This document shows, piece by piece, positions 21,786-33,000 of a stretch of 33,000 nt of DNA (positions within the stretch are counted from its first letter, which is position 1; every line of letters starts with the position of its first letter). The stretch is taken from the NCBI RefSeq assembly GCF_006345805.1, contig NC_043011.1:58230464-58263463 (forward strand), given 5' to 3'. Made by a program: the position numbers and the translations under genes. The notes beneath the pieces were generated by a model. That model searched no databases and was not told where the DNA came from. It worked only from the letters and a program-made list of their open reading frames with translations. Origin of the DNA: Octopus sinensis. Taxonomy: Eukaryota.

Positions 21786-22030
21786 ATTATTATCATTACT
21801 TTTTTTAATCACAGGCTTTGTTGGAATTCCTGGAGTCTTGCACGCGTAGCACCATAAACGCTTTCCTGATCATTTTGGCCGTGCCAAGGAGGCAAACCTT
21901 TTATAACAGTTCTACTGGTCACTCTATTCCAATTTCCTTTATAATTCCGCTCGATGCTTCTGATACTGTTCCCAAGAACGCAACAATAATTGACACTATC
22001 TTCACCTTCTTCATTTTCCATAGACAGGCT
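21786..22030 (-). mobile_element. 3' remnant of an R4/Dong-like RLE non-LTR retrotransposon
   Basis: Minus frame LWKMKKVKIVSIIVAFLGTVSEASSGIIKEIGIE*PVELL*KVCLLGTAKMIRKAF fits VxPIVVGALGxV...LQKxxLLGTAxIxRxxL; degenerate (TAA)n-like tail gtaatgataataat. Confidence 0.75.
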
Positions 22031-22289
22031 AAATTTATATCGTGGACTCCTTAGTATATCCGAGTTTCTGCAGCCGATAGGTATTTATATATTCTTAGAT
22101 TTTAATTATTTCTGTGGGAGGTTTTGGAATGTAACACCTGCGATAGTCGAGGCATGACTGTATACGGTAATCGTACGACTATAAACGGCATTGGATTTGT
22201 TATCAGATCCCTGTAAACACGTACATTATTGATTTAAACCATATTTGTACTCCTTTCGTGGAAATAATATTATATGTCTCATCTTATGT

Positions 22290-22715
22290 ATCAGTGCATT
22301 CATAAAAGAATATCATATTTATCTGATGACAGTGTGTAATGCTCCAACGTTTCTTTTCAGGATCAGAAAATTGGAAATCGATCTTATCTTCCAACGGCAT
22401 ATTAACTGTAGTTAAGACATGTATTTCTTTAATCTCATGAGTAAGTGTACAAAAAAAATAGCAGCATGGGATCTGAACATGCGTCGCCATGTGCTTTTAT
22501 TTTTGTCCTAGCATATGTGTTACAGCACTTCTCATTTCACATGAAATCTAAATACTGGATGTGATAATCGAAGCTGATATTACGATTGCTAATCAATTCC
22601 CTGGCTGGTAATAAAGCGACAGATATTATGTAATGCATACGACGTGTCCATCCAATCCACAAATCAACTGAACACTAAGAAATATAGCCTAGTGTATCCA
22701 GAACGACGATGCATG
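22290..22715 (+). repeat. Old local duplication I, copy 2
   Basis: See 7845-8305. This copy keeps tttcttttcag|g at 22360/22361 and ga|gtaagt at 22440/22441. Confidence 0.75.
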
Positions 22716-23006
22716 AATGATATCAAACGTTTGTAGTTTGATTGTTGATGCATATGAGATTTATTTTAGAAGGCTTTACAGACCTATTAATAAATGCTAT
22801 CGTCATCTCCATGGTAATGTATGTTTTAGGAAACAAACGAGTCCATCTTTATCAACTACAATAATAATAATAATTAAATGAGGACTATCTATTACTACTA
22901 CTTGTATGTGTATAAACTATCTGTGCACAATTTATAACATTGCTTATGAGAGTGGGTGCAATTGCGTATGGTATAGTAGACCCTCAAAATGAATGCTGCC
23001 GGTAAA

Positions 23007-23145
23007 ATGGAGTTGATAAAGATGGACTCATCACTTAAAGACATACCTATCCCACCTAAAGACACATATATTAAGGAATTAATCTTTAGAGTAAATGAAT
23101 TTATTGATAGAATTCTTTGGAGGATATATCTTCATGAAAAGAAAT
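23007..23145 (+). mobile_element. Penelope-like element ORF N-terminal relic
   Basis: MDSSLKDIPIPPKDTYIKELIFRVNEFIDRILWRIYLHE resembles the YSLKNIPIP...YxxxLIxKxExxIxRMRWKA start of invertebrate PLE ORFs; no RT follows. Confidence 0.6.
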
Positions 23146-23277
23146 TTACCCAGTTGGACATGCATGTATATTCTTGTAATTGCCAGTTTAGTAAATAAAT
23201 AAATAAGTTAACATAATATAATGTCTAGAAGTTGATGAACCACCTATTTATCCTCTCCATTTTCCTATTGCTCCCTC

Positions 23278-23400
<123 letters not shown>

Positions 23401-24460
23401 ATTGTCTATTCATATATACATAATGATATATACATGAAAATACAAATAGTTCTATCAACATATTTTTATGCATTTAGTTTGTATAAAAAGTAAAATATTT
23501 ATTTAAAAACGCACGCAATATATTTAAGGAGAGAACACATTGACTGTTACAAAGAAACTAGCTTGCAATGACTTTAAAGTTTCCACTGATTGCTTTCGTC
23601 AGTGCGTAAGCCTTCTTGGTTTTACAGACTTTTACTTCATATACATTTTGATTCAAATTGTAAATAGTTGCAAAGTCGGTGTAGTAGTATAATAGCATTT
23701 CTTCTGTGGCATAGAAACAAGCAACTTAATCAAGTGATGCGAAATAAATAGTTGTGGGGAAGAAGAATAGTCGTAGAATAATCTGGATGAGGAAGAGAAG
23801 GAGAGGAGTGGTGAAGGGAACTGGGGAAAAAGTTGACGTTAAACTGGAAAAGTAATTCTTCAACGTAGAACGTAGAGTATTTGAAGCTGAGTCACCATTC
23901 CCTTATCTTTTCATAACGTTTGTACTCGGGTTATGATTCTTAGAAATAGTTATATTCATTTCGCAGGAGATTTCGGTCACTCTACCTGTAGCAAACTGAT
24001 AAATAGTCTTCCCGATTTATCACACTGCTCGGTCATAATAAAGAAATGAAACATAAGATTATGCAATACAAGTTATACTGCAAATATGGAAAGAGGAGAT
24101 AATCAGGACTGTAATGTCGGCTGCAATAACGAGAACAACAACATGACTATCAAGGAAACCCTTACGTTGTTCTGAGAATAATGAGACGACGTGATATAAA
24201 CAATTATCTATAACAACGCACACTATATTCCTTTAACGAACAAAGTGTATTCTGGTTGTAATAAAAAAACAAAAAACAGGAAGGTCGTACCTGCGTCAGC
24301 AACGCATCTACTTTGTGCGAGTGATCTAGAACTAATCAAATATTTAGACATTGCCATGTCAGAATCAAGGTTCCAAATGCAAACACCTGATATCTGTCTG
24401 AATATGAAGACGCCTGACGTAAATATGTATATACATATATATATATATATAAATATGTAT

Positions 24461-24687
24461 GTGTATTTGTGTGTCTGTGTTTGTCGCCCCAACATCGCTT
24501 GACAAACGATGCTGGTGTGTGTTTACGTCCCCGTAACTTAGCGTGTTCGGCAAAAGAGACTGATAGAATAAGTACCTGGCTTACAAAGAATAAGTCCTGG
24601 GGTCGATTTGCTCGACTAAAGGCGGTACTCCAGCATGACCGCAGTCAAATAACTGAAACAAGTGAAAGAGTAAAAGAGTAAAAGAGA
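24461..24687 (+). mobile_element. Family-2 SINE, 3' half with (GTAAAAGA)n-type tail
   Basis: gatgctggtgtg..tttacgtccccgtaacttagcg..ttcggcaaaagagac...gtcgatttgctcgactaaaggcgg...gaaagagtaaaagagtaaaagag. Confidence 0.88.
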
Positions 24688-25819
24688 AAGTTTCACGTTA
24701 ATTAAGTGTAAACAATTCACAGATGTGATGAATCCTATTTGTCCGTATGTGTAGTGTTCATAAGTTCTATAAAGTTCAGAGGTTGTATGAAGAGACGAAG
24801 CTGGTATAGAAGTTGAATTACATCGAGAAATATTAAAGTTAACATAGTTATTGCATTTCGTAGGAGAGAAAAAGAAGCGATTCCGTATTGTTAATGTCCA
24901 TATTTTGTTATGCACGGCTTCTTAGCATAATAGTTACATGACAAGACGAACTGCTTCCTAAACTCTTTATTATCAATGTTAAAATAAAAGACCCCGTAAA
25001 TCTTATCAGATTATCCTCTGTGAATATATCTAAGCCAGATAACTGACAATTATTTCGCTAGGAATATTCCTTACTCTTCATCTAAAAGAAAAGTGCATTT
25101 CTCTTCTAAGAATTTCAGTGGAATTCAATTATCAATTCCACAAAGCGGTATTATTTTTGCAAATTATCGTTTCTTAGCATCATATATTAAGAAATCATGC
25201 ACGAAGCAATTTGGAAACAAGTGACCCTGTCCCAAGAAAAGGTTCCATAATTCTTTTGATGGCTGGATTTTAGCTTTTTAAATCAGATTAGGATATATAT
25301 AATTTTTTCAATTAAAACTACAAAAGCCTATGTGTCCTGCAGATTTTTTGAAATGAAGAAAAGGTTCTCGTGCTATTTGACTGATTTGTCTATCAAATTC
25401 AGCAACAATACAGAAAGTCTGCTATTGATATCAATATTCACTCGAGAGTTGTTAATAGATTTGAAACAATGGACGTATGTGCCTGGAGTTTTCGGAATAG
25501 GGTAGACCTAATTCATTCCAGTCGATTTGAAGAAACGGTCGAATAAAATTAAATTATTTCGAAATAGAAAAGAAATACATTGGTGAATTCGATTTAATTC
25601 GGAACCATAAGTAAGAGTATTGCACATATATCTTGGTACATAATCTCTAAGGTACACTGTACTATGTGTAGCACGTACACAAATTATTTCCAAAGACGAT
25701 GCTGACATAGATGTAGTGGGCTTCATCGATGTCATTGGTTCAAAACAGAAACACACAGCGTTGTGCAGAACACTTGTGAAATATCTCGTCTTTCCGTAGC
25801 AACAGATACAGAGATCGGA

Positions 25820-26123
25820 TAAATTCGTCAATGGCCGTGCAATCAGTTACGTATTCATATACAAATGGGGGCGAGTGGATAATGAAACGTGTTCATTTTT
25901 CAATGTTAAGTCATGGAAACCGTAATATTTTCAAAAGTCCTTAATGAATGATTCCATTGGGGGGATAATGCAGTTAAGTGCATTAAAGAAAGCGTCTCTT
26001 GCCACAAAACTTTTACGATTTACTTCACCAAACTTAATTATGAATCTACTGATCAAATATAGCAAACTAAACACGATAGGTTTTATTCACTAGTTAAAAA
26101 TTCACGTACTCCAAGGCGCCTTG
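25820..26123 (+). repeat. Old local duplication II, copy 2
   Basis: See 20508-20813; the 25-mer is at 25836-25860. Confidence 0.8.
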
Positions 26124-26513
26124 TTCAATTTATTATGCATACATAGATCGCGCAATCTCAGACGCATGCATTCTGACTGTGAGCATTAATTATAAAAGTA
26201 TTCAGATCTTATATCTATTCTTCTTTCTAATGCATTCACCCGGCAACAGAGGGACATCATGTCGTAAACTTGATCAATCAGAACAACAAGTGTACTTACG
26301 TAAATCTAACAATTATAGTATCGATCTCTGTTTATTGAAACGTTATGTCACTGACAATAGATGTTCATGATATTAGTACATCAAGGCTGTTTATGAGGTG
26401 TAAACATAAACATATGCATGGGTACATGAATACACACACGCAGATATACATTTCTGTCTGTCTGTCTGCCTATATACCTAGGTGTCCATACTTCTGCTTC
26501 TCTTTCTATATAA

Positions 26514-26662
26514 GTATATAATTATAAATATGCAGCTAATTAAGGGCGCTGGAGGGACAACGCCAATACGCTAGAAGTAGATGTCCAATGTCTACTTCTA
26601 GCGTACTGGCGTTGTCCCTACAGCGACATTAATTATATTTGTATATATATATAATTATATAC
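26514..26662. repeat. Near-perfect inverted repeat (hairpin element)
   Basis: Arms 26553-26581 and 26591-26619 are 28/29 complementary with a 9-nt loop; looser pairing continues to taattaa (26537/26635) and gtatataattata (26514/26662). Confidence 0.92.
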
Positions 26663-26744
26663 TTGAATATTAATTTTACCGTTCTGATGGTTTTTGTGCA
26701 CTGGCTACTGGTATGATCATTTTAATGTTTATATGATCAATTTA

Positions 26745-26761
26745 TATATACATACATACAC

Positions 26762-26819
<58 letters not shown>

Positions 26820-26840
26820 GCGCACAGACACAGACACACA

Positions 26841-26936
<96 letters not shown>

Positions 26937-27050
26937 GTGTATATATTATTTTTATAAGTGTCAAAATATGTATTGAAACGTACAAATTAGATATCTTTTC
27001 GAAACTCAATGTATTTGTATGTGGGTGTGTGCATACTTGTATATATATAT

Positions 27051-27095
<45 letters not shown>
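26745..27095. repeat. Cluster of (AT)n/(CA)n microsatellites
   Basis: Directly visible, in two tracts. Confidence 0.9.
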
Positions 27096-27096
<1 letters not shown>

Positions 27097-27811
27097 CACC
27101 TGTGTTTGTATAAATGTATATAAGAGTTCAGCTAATTTCGAAAAGTGAAAACGAGCTCTCAACATTAGTAGATAAATATTCTTTTTATTTGAAGGATAAA
27201 AAATGCTAATAATTTTTTTATGTGAACGAAATCTCTCAGCAATGATCAAACCTGTCACGTGGAACTGTTGGTTCTCGTGTCCATCATGGATGAGATTACA
27301 GAAAGCTACACAAAACTATGTGGGCGTTCGGGATAAATTAGTATGCAGATTGTTTGATGTAACTTATAAGAAAGTCATAATTATGTTCGGAAGTCAATAG
27401 TTGTGATTTTCCTATGAGTTGCTTTACATGAGTTGTATATTAATATAGTGAGATGTACTTGCATAGCGAGTGACTTGATCGGAGATCGTGTGCTGGAACG
27501 AAAACAATTGCAGCGTGGAAGGTGTTTATAAGCCATTTAAGAAACACACAAAAACCGTTAGATTCACTTCAACATTTAAATTTAATTTGTCAAAATACGT
27601 TCGTCGTTTTGAGACCGCGACCTGTTCACTGACAAAACTTCGCGCTGTTGTTATATTAATATACTTATCCGGAAACCTCGCACAGTCGCGTGAAGCTTCT
27701 TGTATTCCCGTGTAAGATAGGGAAGAGAGTCACCGTTCTCTCATAACAGGCTCGATAATTTTTCAGGGATATTGTTGAACGTGAAACCATTGGTAGTCCC
27801 GTGAATCAAAA

Positions 27812-29002
27812 ATCAATATGTACCAAGAGTGTTGCGATAGTAACGAAGCTAAAGCATGCTACAAAATTTACCTTAAACTCTTGCTACAAAATTTACCTTA
27901 AACTCTGCTGTGCACGCTCACTAAGTTGTAACGTTCTAGCTCACTCCTGCTGTTTATAGCAGTGCTTGGATGGAACGTGTGTAGTGTGTGATCGTCGCAC
28001 GAACCATGACAGAGAAGGTTGAGCAGAGAATGTGCATCAAATTTTGCCAAAAGCTTGGTGATACCTAGTCAGAGGCATACGCAAAGTTGCAGAAAGTGTT
28101 CGGATGGGGGTATATGAACCGCACACAACTGTAAGAGTGGTTCAGACGCTTCCAAGATGACCGAGAAAAATATCCCTGATGTGCGTGCAGCTGTGAGGGG
28201 AAATCGTCGAAGCACCATCTGCGAGTTATCAGGGAATGTGCAAATTAGTCAGAGTTCATTTCAATCCATTATCCCTGAAGCTTTGGGTACGAGATGCGTG
28301 TCTGCCAATTTTGTACCAAAACTACTTTCAGCTGACCAAAAGATCACTAGGGTTTCAGTTGCACAAGATTTCCTTGTGTTGTGAACGATGAAGACTTTTT
28401 GAAAATGTCCGTAACGAGTGATAAATCGTGAGTCCATGACTATGTCCCCGAAACAAAGGTTCAGTGGAAACCATGGATTAATCGAACCAACGTGAAGTCA
28501 CTTTTCACCGTTTTCTTCAACTACAAGGGGATTGTTCATCATGAGTATGCTCCAACTGGTCATACAATAAACAAGCAATGATACCGTGATGTTTTGCGGG
28601 ATGCAATTCGTATGAAAAGCCACAATCCCAGGCGTCTGGTGAGTGGCAATTGCTCCATGACAACGCACCTGCTTATTCAGCGTAGATTATGCAGCAGTTT
28701 TTGGTTAGACACCGTATTCCCCAGATCTCACCCCTTACGACTTTTTCCACATTTCAAAAATCTATTCCATCTTGAACGAAAGATTTCAGGATGTCAAGGA
28801 AATCAAAGTGAAAGTGAGGAGACGGCTGCTGATTATCCCAGAAAACGAGTCCCAGGAATGCTTCCGTCTATGGAAACGGCACTGGATTAAGTGTGTGGCT
28901 TCCGAAGGCGACAACTTTGAGGGAGATTAACTGCCAAGTTGTTGCGTGTTGTAGTTCTGTTTTCATAGCACGAGTTCGGATATTTATTGATCAGACCTCG
29001 TA
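27812..29002 (+). mobile_element. Decayed mariner (Tc1/mariner, DD34D-type) transposon
   Basis: Right TIR ...agttcggatatttattgatcagacctcg|TA at 29000-29002; partial degenerate left TIR atcaatatgtacc.. from 27812; transposase relic inside; 25-bp perfect tandem duplication at 27857-27906. Confidence 0.9.
28006..28930 (+). pseudogene. Mariner transposase pseudogene
   Basis: MTEKVEQRMCIKFCQKLGDT*SEAYAKLQKVFG...EWFRRFQDDR; FVPKLL; VTSDKS*VHDYVPETK (TGDESW motif); WQLLHDNAPA; W..CVASEGDNFEGD*. Multiple stops, frameshifts and deletions, including most of YSPDLAP. Confidence 0.92.
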
Positions 29003-29117
29003 TACACACACACATACACGCGCATATATTTACATATATTGAGTATATCCCATTGTATGTACCCGTGTATGTCAGAACACATGATATATACATACATACA
29101 TACATACATACACACAC

Positions 29118-29148
<31 letters not shown>

Positions 29149-29539
29149 CATATATATATAATCACGCTCACCCATTATAGTACATCATTCCTATATAATC
29201 GGTAGAGAACACTAGCAAACAAGATCAAAAATGGTACGCAACCATAACTAACTATATTGACAAAGACAAAGATAATTCACCAACAGAATAAATTTCCACA
29301 GAGCAAAACGATATTTCTGTAATATCTCATAAAACTAGAGATCAAATATTTTTATATTCATTCCGTATTCCACTTATTCAATCATTTGGAAAGGAATATT
29401 AAAGATAAAAAGAAATGAAAATAGTCTAAATATTTTCAAATCTTTTAAAATCATCTAACATCATTTAAGTTTAGATTTCAACTATAATCCATAAAACAAG
29501 CTACATAATACTGTGAATTCGATCATCGATACTCTACTT

Positions 29540-29950
29540 ATGTATGTATACGTGAATGTGTATATGTATGTATGCATATATGTATAGATATGTGTGTGTG
29601 TGTGTGTGCGTGAATATATGTGTATTTGTGTACGTACGCATATGCATATGTATGTACATATATATTTATATATGCATACATACATATATAAATACATATA
29701 CACATATATATATATATACATATATATACACATATATACAGATATATATATATACACACATATATATATATATACATATATATGCACATATATACACACA
29801 TATTTATATATATACATATATGTTTACTCATATACATATATATACTCATATATATATGTATAATCATATATATATAACACATACATACATATATGTATAT
29901 ATATACATACATATATGCATATATGCATATATACATATATATATATATAT
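29540..29950. repeat. Large alternating purine-pyrimidine microsatellite tract
   Basis: Directly visible; explains the ORF-track entries at 29482-30065. Confidence 0.95.
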
Positions 29951-30031
29951 TCCTGAGCGCCATACTAATACAATTGTTCGTTTGTTTTCCACCTGCCTTC
30001 GTCTTTTGTTTATTTTCATAAAGCTTCCCGT
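29951..30031 (+). mobile_element. Short fragment of the Penelope-end-like repeat
   Basis: cctgagcgccatactaataca..ccacctgccttcgtcttttg matches 21257-21320; (AT)n on both sides. Confidence 0.7.
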
Positions 30032-30331
30032 TATATATATATATATATACACGCACGCACATTAAAATTTCAAATTATATTCATATACATAGACATATAC
30101 GAATGATTGCATTTACATGAACAATCATCCACAGAGAGTGGAAATGCGACAAGGAGGACGAGAGTTATTTTTGTTTTTACGCTCAAATCATTGTATTCAT
30201 ATTTTTAAATCCTGCTTATCGTATGCAGGATTTTTTTGTTGTTGAAATAGTTGATATAACTGTGAATGTAGTATACACATAGTATGGGTTTCAGCAATAG
30301 AAATGTAAAATAAACATAACGATTCAGTTCA

Positions 30332-31131
30332 TCTCTCTATATATAAACGGCAGTTTGTCTGTCTGTGTGTCTGTCAGGTTGTACCCTCACCCTGACCACG
30401 GCTTTCAACCGATTCTGATGAAACTTGACACACACATAGCCCAATATCATAATTCAAAACTAACGCAGCGAAAATTTTGAAAAGTTCCCCCAGTTCTGAA
30501 AAAAAAGTCGATAAATGCGACATGGGTCGAGAATCTAAGCTTTTTATATGCAACACATTTTCTACAGACTGTCTAGAGGACGCAACTCGACCTTTTTAAC
30601 TCTCGGAACACGTGGGGTAAGTATCCCAAAATGTATAATAATGTACAAAAACGGCAAAAAAGCGGGCAGCAATGTGAGTGACAACAACGAAAAAGTCAAA
30701 AGTGACCAAACTGAAGAAACGAATGGAAAAGGTTTTTTGATGCACACGACAAAGGCGGTTTATAATAAACCAAGAGTTTGCAAGTAGCGTCCGAGGACCC
30801 TTAGGGTACGTCAAAAATTTAAGGTAAAACGTTTGGGGTGGTAGTTATAAAGAAAGTGTAAACAAAAAAAGTATTCAAATACCTTGCGCCTGCAGCAGCT
30901 ATTAGCAGAAGTGGCGGTGTTGGGGGTAAAGTCTCGAATGTAATTTCTTCCTGGTAGGAATTGGTTGGGTTGAATTATCGATAGCTGTTTGATAGTTATT
31001 TGGGAGTGAAGAGAAGACATTGCAACCTACACATGCGCCTTCGTTCCCTAGAGGGAAATGACTAGATTGGGATTAGTCGTTGTCTACTAGGGGCTCTTAC
31101 ATACCCGGGCAACGACGGGCTATGCTGCTAG
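30332..31131 (+). mobile_element. Non-autonomous Helitron, 800 bp, complete
   Basis: 5' A|TCTCTCTATATATAAAC..gtttgtctgtctg; 3' cccgggcaacgacgggctatgctgCTAG|T, closely similar to the end of the 390-bp Helitron; no TSD. Confidence 0.8.
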
Positions 31132-31351
31132 TATCTGATAGATGTAAACCTCTGTTTGTGCTTTTGCTGTCTTTCAATGTTGAGTTGGACAACGGGATCG
31201 GCAGTAAAGAAGCGGAGAAGAAAACTGGAAGCAACAAACAGGAACAGAAAAGTAGACAACGAGCGACATGTATGAGGAGAAAAGGTGTAGAAATGATAGA
31301 AATATTAGGGGCCGGTAAGTCGATTATTACGACCCAGGTGTTCGGCTGGTT

Positions 31352-31890
31352 CATCATCATCATTGTTCGACCGTGGTCGAGACAATGGAATTTACAATGT
31401 TACGCCAGACTTCATGGTCCATCATAGCATTACGGAGGTCCTGTTGCTGGATGCCTGTATCCCTGGAGATTACATCAGGGCAGGAGAGCGTGCGCCCTCT
31501 GGTATCGTGAGCAGATGGCTTCCAGAGGAGATGTCTGTATCCCTGGAGATTACATCAGGGCAGGAGAGTGTGCGCCCTCTGGTATCGTGAGCTGATGGCT
31601 TCCAGAGGAGATGCCTGTACCCCTGGAGATTACATCAGAGCAGGAGAGTGTGCGCCCTCTGGTATCGTGAGCAGATGGCTTCCAGAGGAGAAGAGTAGAA
31701 ATTACCTCGTTTTCAGCTCTACAACAATGTCCAGCAAACTGAACTCTTCTACCTTTCATAAGAGATGATACAGATGGTAGTGTCCCATATATTTGTACTT
31801 TGGTTGGATGACGCTTCTACGCGAGACTTTGAGCTCTCATAAGGAGGCGAGTGTAAGTTCCACCCAACCGCCTCTGAAGCTTCAACTGAT
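31352..31890 (-). mobile_element. 5'-truncated RTE-X-like LINE 3' end with (TGA)4 tail
   Basis: Minus frame RRLGGTYTRLLMRAQSLA*KRHPTKVQIYGTLPSVSSLMKGRRVQFAGHCCRAENEVISTLLLWKP...DLRNAMMDHEVWRNIVNSIVSTTVEQ* followed by tgatgatga. Confidence 0.85.
31450..31689. repeat. 80-bp unit triplicated in tandem inside the LINE
   Basis: Units start at 31450, 31530 and 31610; 3-4 differences between any two units. Confidence 0.95.
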
Positions 31891-32042
31891 ACTTTTTGTG
31901 TGGACCACAAAAGACAATGCTAAAGAATGTAAGCAGTGTAAAATTGTGAGGAAGACAACAATTGTAGACTGTCTGATATATTATTAAATTGAAAAGTAAT
32001 GGGATGCTGGTGCTGTTTATTACGTATCAAACCGAGCAATTC

Positions 32043-32142
32043 TACGTGGCACACCGCGTGTGCTTACGTGGTACACCGCGCTTACGTGGCATACTGCGTG
32101 TGATTGTGCCATACGGCGTGTGTGTACGTGACGCGCCGCGTG
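32043..32142. repeat. CpG-rich imperfect 18-22-bp minisatellite with four TACGTG motifs
   Basis: tacgtggcacaccgcgtgtgct-like units; TACGTG at 32043, 32065, 32083 and 32125; 15 CpG in about 100 bp. Confidence 0.8.
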
Positions 32143-32642
32143 TCTTGCCATGAAGTGTGCACTATGAATTTAATCGCACTGCTTTATCGTAGTATCTCTC
32201 GCTGGGAATGTTCGGATGGCTTTTAAAGATTCTCATATTAGGTTAGAAAATAACTGGATTTTTCAGAGGCAGTTAATAATACAGGACTCTGCAATTATCA
32301 TTGAAAAATTAATCCCTTACAAATTACGAATTAGCTACCCAGCAATGGCATCATGCACGATAATACCATATGGCTTGCATTTTATTAGCTTCTTTTTAAA
32401 GAAATTATTTTATTCGTATTTTCCGAACGCAAACGCCAATGAAAAAATTCGGCATAATTTGCAGAATGGCATTAAAATTAATTTACAAGAAATATTAACT
32501 AGAAAATTTTGGCAGACTGGTTGACTGAACAATATGGGGTTGTCAATAAAAACGATAAAGTTAATGATTTATTTGTTTCAGTTAATTGTGAAGAGAACTC
32601 GGAAAGTAAAAAGGCATTGTTATATATATATATGAAACTGTT

Positions 32643-32778
32643 TGGCTGTGTGGTGAGAAGCTTGCTTCCTCACCACATGGTTCCAGGTTCAGTCCCACTG
32701 CGTGGCACCTTGATCAAGTGTTTTCTCCTATAACCTCGGGCCGTGGATTTCGTAAACGGAAAGCAAAAGAAGCTCGTC

Positions 32779-32848
<70 letters not shown>

Positions 32849-33000
32849 AGTGTGCGTGTCTTTGTGCTTGTACCCCATCACCACTTGCCAACCGTTGTTG
32901 GTGTGTTTGCGTCCCCGTACCTTAGTGGTTCGGCAAAAGATAAAATAAGTACTAGGCTTAAAAAAAAAGTCCTGGAGTCGATTTGGTCGACAGAAAGGCG
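32643..33000 (+). mobile_element. tRNA-derived SINE, family 2 (runs off window end)
   Basis: TGGCTGTGTGG A box at 32643, GGTTCAGTCC B box at 32686, internal (AT)n, 3' body as in 24461-24687. Confidence 0.9.

Noticed and set aside
25508-25831. 107-aa minus ORF and an overlapping stop-poor + frame
   Set aside because: No recognisable domain; the duplicated partner region does not preserve either frame consistently.
27203-27400. Faint TIR-domain resemblance (…YTKLC/GVRD…KKVIIMF) suggesting a Toll-like receptor relic
   Set aside because: Needs a frameshift and large deletions, the YDAFxSY box is absent, and upstream LRRs are not demonstrable.
27466-27650. Segment that I recall as a dispersed Octopus repeat, possibly a DNA transposon end
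   Set aside because: Only one copy in the window and no partner TIR visible; memory alone is not adequate support.
32216-32733. Two consecutive + strand ORFs (102 and 74 aa), possible hAT transposase start
   Set aside because: No BED finger or catalytic motifs; the second ORF runs into a SINE.

Overview
AT-rich, microsatellite-dense eukaryotic DNA. The three tRNA-derived SINE families, the Helitron ends and the mariner look to me like those of Octopus (coleoid cephalopod); this is recognition from memory, not a database result. I find no intact protein-coding gene, rRNA, tRNA gene or CRISPR array. Most ORF-track entries are (AT)n/(CA)n/(TACA)n/(GA)n artefacts or transposon relics. Supported content: about 10 SINE copies or fragments, three non-autonomous Helitrons, one decayed mariner, two Penelope-like coding relics plus short Penelope-end-like repeats, and 3' remnants of Hero-, CRE-, R4/Dong-, RTE- and RTE-X-like LINEs. 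Structure not explained by those elements: two long fold-back hairpins (12.5-12.8 kb and 26.5-26.7 kb), two pairs of old same-strand local duplications (one holding an invariant 25-mer), a degenerate 37-bp periodic array, a CpG-rich TACGTG cluster, hammerhead-ribozyme-like relics, and a splice-bounded 228-nt pseudo-exon with HYR-like ends. These are leads only; the sequence does not demonstrate a new biological system. Identities are by-eye estimates and the ends of old repeats are approximate.
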